From an uncultured cyanobacterium (GTDB lineage: Bacteria; Cyanobacteriota; Cyanobacteriia; PCC-6307; Cyanobiaceae), in assembly GCA_963697335.1 (NCBI GenBank), contig CAVONQ010000014.1, forward strand, positions 125,865 to 189,864: a stretch of DNA of 64,000 nt, given 5' to 3'. The notes under the pieces were generated by a model. That model ran no database searches. It saw only the letters and a program-made list of their open reading frames with translations, and was not told where the DNA came from. Positions 30,671 through 40,964 of the stretch are shown one piece after another (positions within the stretch are counted from its first letter, which is position 1; every line of letters starts with the position of its first letter). Both the position numbers and the translations under genes were made by a program.

Positions 30671-31610
30671 CCATTCAGCCCTTGGTGAGCGTGCTGATGC
30701 TCACCCGCAACCACGCTCCGTTTCTGGGGCAAGCCATCGCCTCGGTGCAGGCCCAGAGCCATCCCCACTGGGAACTGCTGATCGGGGAGGACGCCTCCAC
30801 CGACGCCACGGCGCAGATCGCCGCTGCCGCAGCAGCCGCCGATCCGCAGCGGATCCAGGTGGCCAGCTCACCCGAGGGCCCCCTTGGCTTCCATCGCAAC
30901 TTCGCCCGGCTGCTGGAGCGCGCCGGCGGCCGCTATGTGGCCTTTCTGGAGGGCGACGACGCCTGGATCGAGCCCTCCAAGCTGGAGCGCCAGCTGGCCC
31001 TGCTGGAGGCCGATCCGAGCCTGGCGTTCTGTGGTGGCCGCACCCGAGTGCTGGATCAGCGCCAGGCTGCGGCCGCCGGTACCGCACCAACGGAGATCGG
31101 CCCCCCACCGGGAACAGACCGCCTGGGCTTCGAGCAGCTGATTGAGGCCTACGGCTTCCACTTTTCCAGCGTGCTGATGCGACGTGAGGCAGTGGAGCTG
31201 CCGGGCTGGATCTTCCGGCAGTACTGCCTTGATCGGCCGCTCTATCTGCTGGCGGCCTGCCATGGCGATGCGGCGGTGCTCGATCAGGTGGTGTCGGTGT
31301 ACCGGCTCCATGGCGGCGGGGTGTGGGCACCCCTTTCGCCGCTGCAGAAAGCCCGCCGAAGCCAGGAGCTGTTCCGCAGCTTTCGGCGCCACTTTCCTGC
31401 TCGCTACGGCCCTCGATTTCGCACCGCCCTCAGCCACATCCTCTGGAGCTATCTGGCAGAGGCGCTCGGCGGGGTGAGCGCCGCCAGGCCCTGTTGATCC
31501 TGGCGATGGGAGTGGCCGCAGCACCACGGCTGCGGCTGCTTCGGCAGCTTCGGATCACCCTTGGCGCGCTGCGGCGCTGCCTGGTCGCCTCCGCTGCCGT
31601 GGCGCCATGA
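30667..31610 (+). CDS. GT2 glycosyltransferase (apparent 1-nt deletion near 31470; track ORF ends 31497)
   Basis: VSVLMLTRNH, IGEDASTD, FLEGDD, YRLHGGGVW; the repaired frame ends at an ATGA overlap with the next gene. Confidence 0.85.
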
Positions 31611-32781
31611 CCGTGATCGTGCTTTGCGAGGGGCTTGCCCAGGAGGGCGCCGTGGCCACCGTGGCCTGGCATCAGGCCCTCGGCCTGGCCCGGAGCCAGC
31701 CGGTGTGCCTGATCAGCGATGGCCTCAGCCCCCAGCGTCGTGATCGGCTGCAGCAGCTTGGCGGCTTCTGAGGGTGCGGCTGCTGTCGGTGCCGTCGATG
31801 CAGTCACTGCGCCGCTTCGCCCACCTTCCCCGCCAACTGCTCTGGATCCTGCTGGCCCTGCGCAGCACCGCTCGCGAGCTGGACCCGCCACGCAGCCCCC
31901 CCACTGCTGTGCTCTGCCACAGCCATCCCCTGGCAGCGGCTGTGGGCTGGTGCTTTGGCCGCCGGGTGCGACTGGTGCTGGTGAGCCATGGCGATGTGTT
32001 CCATCGACCTCCCGGCAGCTACGACCCCGCCGTCACCTGGCTATACCGGCGCACCACGCGCCCGGCCCACCGGCTTGCCACCGCCAATGTGGCCCTCTCG
32101 CCCGTGATGGCGGAGCGTATCGCCGCCCACGGAGTGCCGGCCTCGCGCATCGCCCTGATCCCCAACGGGTTGGATGCCGCTGAAATCGGCCTGGCCGAGC
32201 CACCCTGCACGCGCGCCGAGCACTGGCATCAACGCCCACTGCGGCTGCTGTTCGTGGGCCGCATCGACCCTGTGAAAGGGGTGGACGTGCTCCTGGAGGC
32301 CCTGGCCCTGCTGCGCGATCGAGGCCTGGCCATGCGGCTGGATCTGATTGGCCGCGCCAGCCCCAACCAGAGCCGGGATCTCGATGGACGGATCCACCGG
32401 TTGGGGCTTGGCGGTCTAGTGGATTGGCTGGGAGTCGTGCCCCGCCACGAGCTGGCTGATCACTATGCCTGTTGCCATCTGGTGGTAGTACCGTCTCGCG
32501 ACGACCCACTGCCCACCGTGGTGCTGGAAGCCATGGCCTGCGGCCGACCAGTGTTAGGCAGCGCCGTGGGGGGCATCAGCTTCTTGGTGGTTCAGGCAGT
32601 GACGGGCTTGCTGGTGCCGCCCGGGGACCCCATGGCCCTGGCTGATGCCCTGGCAGCACTGGACGCAGATGCCAATGCCTTGGCATCCCTGGCCCAGGCT
32701 GGGCTCAGCCGCGCAGGCCTGTTCAGCTGGCAGGCCAATGGGAAGGCCCTGCAGAACCTGATTGCTCCGCTGCCACTGTGA
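31607..32781 (+). CDS. GT4 glycosyltransferase (apparent frameshift near 31765)
   Basis: MTVIVLCEG N-terminus in one frame; IPNG, FVGRIDPVKG, VLEAMACGRPV in ORF 31774-32781. Confidence 0.85.
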
Positions 32782-33837
32782 TGACTTCTGCAGCCCCCAC
32801 TCGTCCGAGCGTCAGTGTTGTCATTCCCACGTTCAACGGGGGCACCTGGCTACTGGACGCGATCCGCAGCTGTGTGGATCACCAGAGTGTGAACTTGGAG
32901 GTGATCGTGGTGGATGACGCCTCCACTGACGACACACCGGATCAGGTGAGGTACAACTTCCCGGCAGTGCGCCTGATCCGCCAGCCCCACAACAGCCGCT
33001 CGGGAGCGCGAGGCCGCAACGCCGGCTTGCAATGCGCCACTGGGGTTTACGTGAAGTTCCTGGATCACGACGATCTGCTGGAACCGGAAACGTTGTGTTT
33101 AGAAGTTGCCGCGGCAGAGGCTGAAGCCGCCGACATGGTGATGTGTCGATGGGGAGATGTACGCACAGATTCGGACGGCACTCTGATCGAAGCCACCAGA
33201 AGGACGTTCATTCCGCCGGCACCAGAGCGGCTGGTGGAAGCCATTCTGATGGGAGAAAAGGTGCCCTACACCGCAGGCGTGCTCTATCGGCGCAGCTATA
33301 TTGCAGATCAGCGTTGGGATCCCCGTTGCACCATCAACGACGACTTCGACTGGTTCTGCCGGAATGCCCTGAGAGGGGGAAGATCATTCGCCTCGATCAT
33401 GTGAGCTACTACTGGCGACTGCATCCAAAGTCCATCCAAGGGAGCCAGAACTTGAACCCCATCGCCTTCGTGGAATCTGTCTGCATCCACGATCATGTCT
33501 ATCGATCTATCGCAGACGCACTCGGGGAACGCCAGCAGCTGACACCACTCTATAGCTATCTTCTAGCTGGCCAGCTCTACATTGGACTGAGGGTGTTGTC
33601 ACGCTTCCATCCGGCTCTTTGCCGCCAGTCACTTCAGCGGATTGAGGAGCTTCGATACCGGCTTGCCGGCCCAGCACTGCTCAGGAGAGCTCCAAGTGGG
33701 TTCGATGGGCAATAAGGGCAACAGGATTGAGAGTCTTCCTATACTTATATCGTTTGGCAATGACCATACCAGACCACCTACGCTTCGACAACCAGAGGAT
33801 GAGGTTTTTCGACCGCCTTGGCCATGGGGAGAGCTAA
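32778..33837 (+). pseudogene. GT2 glycosyltransferase split by indels
   Basis: VSVVIPTFN, VDDASTD, FLDHDD; continues as YYWRLH after the G5 run at 33375-33379 and as KWVRWAIR...GES* to 33837. Confidence 0.75.
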
Positions 33838-34038
33838 CAATGGTGCGCAATTACTATTTATAGTGGAGGAGGGCGCCCGCAACCGCCATGGATTCGATTC
33901 AAATCGGAGGGCACCTACCTGTTTGCCTCTGCATGCCTTGAGCAACGGCTCATCTTTCCTTGGCTCGGAGATCGGCGGTAGATACTAACCTCCAAAACCC
34001 GAACATTTTTCTGCCATGATACCCTCAGTTTAATCATT

Positions 34039-35175
34039 ATGCAGATAGCTTCGAAATTAATTTGCAATGCCAAAAAGTTTCGACTTCAATTAATCTGGCT
34101 TCTACGATCGGTTTTTGTCCTTTCTGATGTCGAGGCGGCTGAGTTAAGCTCCGAATCATTTAGCGAAGACATTAGGGCTCAGGATTGGATCGATCACGGG
34201 CATTCCCAAAAGGCTATAGTTCATAACCCAGAAATCTCAACTGCCAGGGCTTATGCGGTGCTATGCCAGGCTCATCTTGTCCCGCCAAGAGCCTGCATAT
34301 TGGTGAGATCAAGGCGCATTTTCGCCGCCCATCTTGGCGGAAGAGATTCTATTATTAGGTCACATATATCAACAATCAGCGTCTTCAAGAGTGCCGTTAA
34401 TTCCTTCAGAAAGCCCTGCATGATCAAAGGCGAAGTGCTTTCGGTAAACAGCCCCTTTCTGTTTAACTATTATCATTGGATACTTGATTGCCTTCAATTG
34501 ATTTATGACTATGAAAACATAAAGCGAACCAGGCCGCTGCTTCAGCTATTGATCCCAGACAATTTAGCGCCCTTCCAAGAGCGCTCACTAGAGCTGCTTG
34601 GCTATTCTCATACTGATTCTCCAGCTATACGCTCTAATGATTTACACTACCTTGCAGAAAGACTTGTCGTGCCAATCCCTTCTCCAAGGAGAGGTGAATG
34701 CAGGATTCCTAGTCCAGGATTTATCCATTGGCTCAATTACAGAACCGGAAATCGAAGCCTCAACGCGTTGCGCAGACAGTCTTGCATTTATGTAAGCAGA
34801 AAAGACAGTGCTAAGCGAAGGATATCAAATGAAGCACAAGTGGAAGAGCTTTTCAAGAGTATTGGATTTCAAGTTATTACTCTATCGAGTCTTTCTCTAG
34901 ATGAGCAGATATCTGCTTTCAGTTCGGCTCGAATTGTCGCCGGAATCCATGGTGCAGGCCTGTCAAATGTTGTTTTTTCAAAACGGCATACTTGCGTCAT
35001 CGAAATTCTTCCCGACCTGTCACTAGACTGGCAGCACTTTAGGCTTATTTGTCGTGTTCAACATCTTCAGTATTTTCCGGCCTGCTGCCTTCACCATGAA
35101 GGCAAGTCAGGTCTTCCTCGAATAGAGTTGGAAAATCTCGAGGCTTTGGTAAGCCGAGTCCTTGCAGCTCAATGA
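34039..35175 (+). CDS. GT61 / DUF563 family glycosyltransferase
   Basis: NYYHWILD, IYVSR...RRISNE, EQISAFSSARIVAGIHGAGLSN; AT-rich. Confidence 0.85.
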   Translation: MQIASKLICNAKKFRLQLIWLLRSVFVLSDVEAAELSSESFSEDIRAQDWIDHGHSQKAIVHNPEISTARAYAVLCQAHLVPPRACILVRSRRIFAAHLGGRDSIIRSHISTISVFKSAVNSFRKPCMIKGEVLSVNSPFLFNYYHWILDCLQLIYDYENIKRTRPLLQLLIPDNLAPFQERSLELLGYSHTDSPAIRSNDLHYLAERLVVPIPSPRRGECRIPSPGFIHWLNYRTGNRSLNALRRQSCIYVSRKDSAKRRISNEAQVEELFKSIGFQVITLSSLSLDEQISAFSSARIVAGIHGAGLSNVVFSKRHTCVIEILPDLSLDWQHFRLICRVQHLQYFPACCLHHEGKSGLPRIELENLEALVSRVLAAQ

Positions 35176-36164
35176 ATGGATCAATGTTAGACGTCACGAT
35201 TGTTGTGGCAGTTCATTCTAATTCAAAGAATTTGCTTCAAACACTAAAATCCATTCAGTGTCAGTCGGGCGAAGCAGTTTGGAAATGCCTAGTTATTGCC
35301 AATGGAGGATTTAAGCCAAATCTAGCCTTGAATCAATTTGTTAAGTTCGACCCCAGGTTTAGTATTGTGACTTCTCCCCATGAAGGCTTGACTCAGGCCT
35401 TAATTTATGGCTGTCGAAGTACATCTACCTGCCTAATTAGTCGCATTGATGTAGGTGATGTGATGACCCCCGAGCGTCTTCAGCGCCAAGTGGAAGCGTT
35501 CAAGCAGCTTCCTGAACTTGTCCTCACAACCAGCCACGTTGAAGTGTGCGGCCCTAACTGGGAAACGCTTTGGATCAACAGGGGGTCGGGCTCGCAGCAG
35601 GGTGAACCATGGCGTGTTGATAGCTGCACGCCTGAGCAGGGCATTGCCATTGACATCCCTCACCATGCCTCGGTGATGTTCAGCCGCAGTGCCTATGAAG
35701 CGGTGGGAGGCTACCGTCCTGAATTTTATTTCGGCCAAGACTGGGATCTTTGGTATCGCCTGGCCGGCCAAGGCACCTTTGTGCACATCCCGGAGGTGCT
35801 CACGCGTGTGCGCTTGTTCCCAGGTGGAATCTCTTCCCGGCACTGGCGAGAGCAGCGCGCCATTGCTGAGCTCTCGCTGGCCTGCCATGTAGCCCGCAGC
35901 CGTGGTGAATCAGAGCTGCCGTTGCTGCAGAAAGCTGCCGCCATCGGCCCCAAGCCAGGCCTACCGCGTAAGCCGCTGGTGGATGGTGCCCGTGCGGAGG
36001 GGGCGTATTTCATTGCGGAGGCGCTGCGCCGCAATCGCGACCGCCGCTGCTGGCGTTACTTCCGTGAAGCCCTGTGTCACGGCTTCTGGAAACCCCGGAT
36101 CTGGATTAGAGCCATACAGAGTGTGCTGCAAGGCTTTTCAGGCTCGCGAAGTGGAGCGCACTGA
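35172..36164 (+). CDS. GT2 glycosyltransferase
   Basis: RLQRQ, HASVMF, VGGYR, QDWDLW; degenerate N-terminus. Confidence 0.85.
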   Translation: MNGSMLDVTIVVAVHSNSKNLLQTLKSIQCQSGEAVWKCLVIANGGFKPNLALNQFVKFDPRFSIVTSPHEGLTQALIYGCRSTSTCLISRIDVGDVMTPERLQRQVEAFKQLPELVLTTSHVEVCGPNWETLWINRGSGSQQGEPWRVDSCTPEQGIAIDIPHHASVMFSRSAYEAVGGYRPEFYFGQDWDLWYRLAGQGTFVHIPEVLTRVRLFPGGISSRHWREQRAIAELSLACHVARSRGESELPLLQKAAAIGPKPGLPRKPLVDGARAEGAYFIAEALRRNRDRRCWRYFREALCHGFWKPRIWIRAIQSVLQGFSGSRSGAH

Positions 36165-37330
36165 TGCTCCCGACTCCCGCAGCCAATACAGCTCTGGTGA
36201 TCATCCAGAACCGCGAAACCCAGTTCGATGCCCCGCTGTATCAGTGGATCCACCAGAGTGAGCCTTTCTCTCTGCGGGTGATCTACACCACACAGACCAA
36301 CCCAGCGAACGAGGTGGATCCCGAATTGGGCCTTGCACCGCAGTGGGATCACCTCAACCAGCAGGCCTATCCCAGGCGGACTCTCAGGCGTACCCACCCC
36401 TGGGTGATCGCGAAGTTGGCCAGGCAGCTGCGGTGCCAGAAGCCTGCCTTGGTGGTGATCTGCGGCTATTTTCCCCGGAGCCATCTGCTGTTGGCGTTGC
36501 TGCTGCGTCTGCAAGGCCAGCGCATCGGCCTCCGTTCCGACAACACACTCAGCCATACCCATTTCCTCAGGGTGAAGGGCTGGCTGCGCCGTCAGGCAGT
36601 GGGGTGGATCCAGCAACTCTTCAACAGCTGGCACCCAGTGGGCGAGCAGGCCCATGCCTACCTGCGAACCCTTTCTCGCGCTGATCGGCCCAGCTACCGC
36701 TTCGCCTATGCCGTGGACAACGACTGGTTCGCCCATCGCTCGTCCCGTGCCCGCCAGAGCCGGCCAACCTTTCTCCACGCCAACGGCTGGCCGGACGAAG
36801 CGTTCGTAGTGCTGGGGATCCTGAAATTCGCCGCTCGCGAAGATCCGCTCACGCTGGTGGAGGGCTTTCTACGGCTTCACGCGCTGTGCCCCCGCGCCAG
36901 GCTGATCCTGGTCGGTGATGGTCCATTGAGGAACGAAGTGGCGGCCGCCTGCTTTCCCCTCGCCGATCGGGTGCATTGCCCCGGTTACGTGGCCTATTCC
37001 CAGCTCCCCCTCTGGTATGGCCGCGCCGATGTGTTCGTGCATCCGGCACCTGATGAGCCCTGGGGGGTATCGGTCAACGAGGCGCTGGCCTGTGGTGTGC
37101 CCGTGGTCGCCGCCAGCGGCGTTGGTGCTGCCGCCGAGCTGATCACCCCCGGGGTGTGCGGGTTTGTGTTCACCAATGGCCATACCACCGAGCTCGCTGA
37201 TCAGCTGGAGCGCCTGGCTCTCATGCCCGATGCTCGCCGCCAGATGGAGCCCGCCTGCCGTGCCGCTGCGGATCGATGGCACTACCGCCACACCATTGCG
37301 GCATTTGAGCAGGCCATAGCGGCGTGTTGA
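36164..37330 (+). CDS. GT4 glycosyltransferase
   Basis: VDNDWF, VGDGPL, EPWGVSVNEALACGVPV. Confidence 0.9.
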   Translation: MLPTPAANTALVIIQNRETQFDAPLYQWIHQSEPFSLRVIYTTQTNPANEVDPELGLAPQWDHLNQQAYPRRTLRRTHPWVIAKLARQLRCQKPALVVICGYFPRSHLLLALLLRLQGQRIGLRSDNTLSHTHFLRVKGWLRRQAVGWIQQLFNSWHPVGEQAHAYLRTLSRADRPSYRFAYAVDNDWFAHRSSRARQSRPTFLHANGWPDEAFVVLGILKFAAREDPLTLVEGFLRLHALCPRARLILVGDGPLRNEVAAACFPLADRVHCPGYVAYSQLPLWYGRADVFVHPAPDEPWGVSVNEALACGVPVVAASGVGAAAELITPGVCGFVFTNGHTTELADQLERLALMPDARRQMEPACRAAADRWHYRHTIAAFEQAIAAC

Positions 37331-39114
37331 TCGTCATTCCTGAATCGCAGCCAGGCTTCTGCGGATTGGCGGACCATGCCAGGGTGATCGCCAAGGTGAT
37401 GCAGGAGCGGGGCCATGGGGCGCGGATTTGCCACCGGCAGGAGGCGCGATCCTGTGCCGCCGGCACGGCGCTGCTGCTGGAGTACACCCCACTGGCCTAC
37501 AGCTCCATCGGCCTGCCCTGGGGGTTGCTGGTGGATGTGGTCCGCTGGCGCTGGCGGGGCTGCCGTGTGCTCACCTTCTTTCACGAGCTGCCGTTCAGCA
37601 ATGGCCGTGGCTGGAAGCGCCATCTGGCCGTGCTGGCTCAGCGATTCCACTGCGTGCTTCTGGCCGCCGTGAGCTCCGCTGTCCTGGTCAATCAGGTTTC
37701 CGGCTTCGGCTGGCTCGGCCTGCTGGCCGGCCGCCGCCGCCTCACATTCCTACCCACCTGCTCGAATGTGGGCGAGGCGGCCCAGGTACCTCCCCCCCAG
37801 GTCAGACCTCTTCAAGTGGTGGTGTTCGGCTCCCCCGGCAAACGCCGCCATGCCCATGCCCTGGCGGCGGCGCTGGGGGGCTACCGACAGCTCTTCGGGC
37901 AGGGTGTGCGGGTGATCGACATCGGCGAGCACTTGGCGCTGCCCGAGGGTCTGGACCATGAGGTGGAGTGCCTGGGGCCCCTTCCTGCCGCCGAGGTGAT
38001 GCGCCACCTGCTGGAGAGCCGCTATGGCTTCTTCTACGCCGAACCTGAACAATTCTCAAAATCGGGTGTGTTCGCAGCCTATTGCGCTGCAGGGGTGGTG
38101 CCGATTATTGCGATTCGAACGGCACACACCTCACCCTATTTTCTTGCATCCGGTGATCTGAGTGTGCCCCTACCAAGTGGTACTGATCTGGCTACGATCT
38201 TGAGTGAATGTCGGCGCTGGGTGGAACGTTTCGGTGTTGCCGCCTTTGCCCACCAACTCCGGAACCTCTGCAGTCCACCTGAGCTGCCCATATCGCTGCC
38301 AGCGGGACTTACGCTGTTGAGGTCCTTGCCCCTACCGCGCAAGCTCGGCCTTCTGGAGAAGCTCTACGGAGGCCGGCTGGCCTCTCTGGGCCAGGCGTCG
38401 GTGGTCCTCGCTAATGGGTATGTCTGGACGCTGGATCTTGGTGAGGTGACCCATCGTTGGTTGGTGTACGGAGACTACGAGGGCCCCGAGCAGATGGGCT
38501 GGCTAAAGCGCTGGCTGAGCCAGGGTGGTGTCTTCATCGACAGTGGCGCCAATATTGGCCAGTTCACGGTTTCTCTGGCCAGTCAGCCAGGGCTGCGAAC
38601 CTTTGCCTTTGAGCCGGTGAGGAGTCAGCGCCGTTGGCTCGAAGGCTGCCTGTCTCGTTACCCGGCCTGGGATGTTTCTGTGATTCCCCTGGGACTGGGG
38701 GATCGCAACGAGACGGCGATGATCCGCCTGGCTGGTGGACGCTCAACACTCCGCCAGGATTGGTACATCGGGCAGAGGCTCGAACAGGAGCAGATTGAGC
38801 TCACCACCCTGGATCAATTTGTGGAAAGGGAGGGAATCGAGCGCATCCGCCTCTGGAAGCTCGATATGGAAGGCTTTGAGCCCAGGGCCCTGGCCGGAGC
38901 CCAGAGATTGCTTGCCCAACGGCGCATCGACGCCCTGCTGATCGAGGCACAGACCGCCACCATCCCTACCATTGCCGAGTATCTGGCCCTTGGTGGCTAC
39001 GGTCTGTATCACCTTCTGGGATCAGCTCAGCTGACGCCGTTCATCCCCTCGTCCTGGCCTGGAAGATTCGAAGGCAATCTGGTTGCCTTGCCCCCCGGCT
39101 CCCCCCTGATCTGA
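37324..39114 (+). CDS. Fusion: GT-B-like N-terminal domain plus FkbM-family methyltransferase
   Basis: N half GLADH, TFFHEL, PTCSNVGE, KSGVFAAY; C half FIDSGANIG, AFEP, KLDMEGFE. Confidence 0.75.
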   Translation: MLIVIPESQPGFCGLADHARVIAKVMQERGHGARICHRQEARSCAAGTALLLEYTPLAYSSIGLPWGLLVDVVRWRWRGCRVLTFFHELPFSNGRGWKRHLAVLAQRFHCVLLAAVSSAVLVNQVSGFGWLGLLAGRRRLTFLPTCSNVGEAAQVPPPQVRPLQVVVFGSPGKRRHAHALAAALGGYRQLFGQGVRVIDIGEHLALPEGLDHEVECLGPLPAAEVMRHLLESRYGFFYAEPEQFSKSGVFAAYCAAGVVPIIAIRTAHTSPYFLASGDLSVPLPSGTDLATILSECRRWVERFGVAAFAHQLRNLCSPPELPISLPAGLTLLRSLPLPRKLGLLEKLYGGRLASLGQASVVLANGYVWTLDLGEVTHRWLVYGDYEGPEQMGWLKRWLSQGGVFIDSGANIGQFTVSLASQPGLRTFAFEPVRSQRRWLEGCLSRYPAWDVSVIPLGLGDRNETAMIRLAGGRSTLRQDWYIGQRLEQEQIELTTLDQFVEREGIERIRLWKLDMEGFEPRALAGAQRLLAQRRIDALLIEAQTATIPTIAEYLALGGYGLYHLLGSAQLTPFIPSSWPGRFEGNLVALPPGSPLI

Positions 39115-39119
39115 ACGGC

Positions 39120-40964
39120 ATGTGTGGCATCGCCGGCTGGCTGGATCAGGGCGTCTCAGTTGATCAAGCCAGGGCCGCAGGCCGACATCTTCAGGCCGCC
39201 CTCTCCCACCGCGGCCCCGATGACGCCGGCAGCTGGCGCGAGCCTTCCGCCGATGGGCCAACAGCCCTGCTGCTGCACCGCCGCCTCGCCATTCAGGACC
39301 TCTCCGCTGCCGCCCACCAGCCGATGGTGTCGGCCTGCGGTCGCTTTGTGCTGGTGTTCAACGGCGAGATCTACAACCAGCGCCAGTTGCGCTCCGAGCT
39401 GGAGACCCAGGGGCACCGCTTCCGCTCCAGCAGCGACACCGAGGTGCTGCTGGAGCTGCTGGCCCGCCAGGGCGAGGCGGCCCTGCCCCGGCTTCGCGGC
39501 ATGTACGCCTTCTGTCTGTGGGATCGCCAGAGCCGCAGCGCCCTGCTGGCCCGCGATCCCTACGGCATCAAGCCACTCTACCTCTGGCAGGGGCCGGCAG
39601 GTCAGCTCCTGTTCGCCTCGGAGCTGAGGGCCCTGCTGGCCAGCGGGCTGATCGAACGGCGCCTGGATACCGGCGCCCTTATGGGCTTTCTGGAGACGGG
39701 CAGCGTGCCCGAGCCACTCTCGCTGGTGGCGGGAGTGCGGAGCCTTCCCCCCGGCCATCTGGGCACCTGGCGGCAGGGGCACTGGAACCAGCGCCCCCAC
39801 TGGCAGCCCGGCGAGGCCCCTGCCTCGGCCTCCGACCCGGTGCCGGAGGCCGAGGCGGCGGCGATGGCGCGCCAGGCCCTGGAGCGCTCCGTGCAAGCCC
39901 ATCTGATCAGCGATGTGCCGGTGGGGCTGTTTCTCTCCGGTGGCCTGGATTCCTCGGCCCTGCTGGCCCTGGCTGGGGCCCCGCTCACCACGCTCTCGAT
40001 CGGCTTCGCGCAGCAGGGCTTCGATGAATCCGGGCGAGCCGCCCAGCTCGCTGGCCATTTCGGCGCCCGCCATGTGCCGCTGCAGCTCGATGCGGCCGCC
40101 GCCGCGGCCCTGCTGCCCGGCTTTCTGGCGGCGATCGACCAGCCTTCGGTGGACGGCTTCAACACCTACTGCGTGTCAGCCCTGGCAGGCCAGGAGGGGC
40201 TGAAGGTGGTGCTCAGCGGCCTGGGTGGCGATGAGCTGTTCGGCGGTTATCCCAGCTTTCGCGCCATTCCCTGCCTGTTGCGCCTGCACCGTGCCCTCGG
40301 CCCCGGTCGCTCTGCCTTGTCCCGGCTGCTGACCCTTCGCCGCTCCCATCGCGCCCAGCGGCTGGCGGCCTTCCTGGCCGGCCCGGGCAGCGTTGAGGCC
40401 GCCCACCGCTGCCAGCGGGGGTTGTTCTCCCCCGCTGAGGTGAGGCAACTGCTGCGGCACTGGCAGCTCGAACCGCCCCCATCCCTCCAGGCTCCGCCCC
40501 TGAGGAATGGCGCCCCTGAACCGGCCTCCGCCTTCCCCGCCCTCGCTGAGCGCATCGCCTGGCTGGAGAGCAGCCGCTACATGGGCCCCCAGCTCCTGCG
40601 CGACAGCGACACCTACGCCATGGCCCATGGCCTGGAGCTGCGCCTGCCCCTGGTGGATGCCCAGCTGCTCGCTGAGCTCAGGGCCATCCCCGCCCCCCAG
40701 CGCCTCGCGCCGGGCAAGCGGCTGCTGCAACAGGCCGTGCCGGAGCTGCTGCAGGCGGTGCCCATGGAGAGCAAGCGCGGCTTCTCCTTTCCCTTCCAGA
40801 GCTGGTTCAAGCAGCCCGGCTCGCCGCTGCGGCCCGGCCATGGGCCGCTGGAGCTGCCCGGTGCCCCCCCCGACCTCGACCTGCGCCCCTGGGCCCGCAG
40901 CTGGGCCCTGATCGTTTTGCGCCACTGGCTGCAGCAGCATCTGGGGCTGGTGCTGCCGGCATGA
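39120..40964 (+). CDS. asnB: Asparagine synthase (glutamine-hydrolysing)-like amidotransferase
   Basis: MCGIAG, HRRLAIQD, FNGEIYN, RDPYGIKPLY, LSGGLDSS, SGLGGDELFGGY. Confidence 0.94.
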   Translation: MCGIAGWLDQGVSVDQARAAGRHLQAALSHRGPDDAGSWREPSADGPTALLLHRRLAIQDLSAAAHQPMVSACGRFVLVFNGEIYNQRQLRSELETQGHRFRSSSDTEVLLELLARQGEAALPRLRGMYAFCLWDRQSRSALLARDPYGIKPLYLWQGPAGQLLFASELRALLASGLIERRLDTGALMGFLETGSVPEPLSLVAGVRSLPPGHLGTWRQGHWNQRPHWQPGEAPASASDPVPEAEAAAMARQALERSVQAHLISDVPVGLFLSGGLDSSALLALAGAPLTTLSIGFAQQGFDESGRAAQLAGHFGARHVPLQLDAAAAAALLPGFLAAIDQPSVDGFNTYCVSALAGQEGLKVVLSGLGGDELFGGYPSFRAIPCLLRLHRALGPGRSALSRLLTLRRSHRAQRLAAFLAGPGSVEAAHRCQRGLFSPAEVRQLLRHWQLEPPPSLQAPPLRNGAPEPASAFPALAERIAWLESSRYMGPQLLRDSDTYAMAHGLELRLPLVDAQLLAELRAIPAPQRLAPGKRLLQQAVPELLQAVPMESKRGFSFPFQSWFKQPGSPLRPGHGPLELPGAPPDLDLRPWARSWALIVLRHWLQQHLGLVLPA

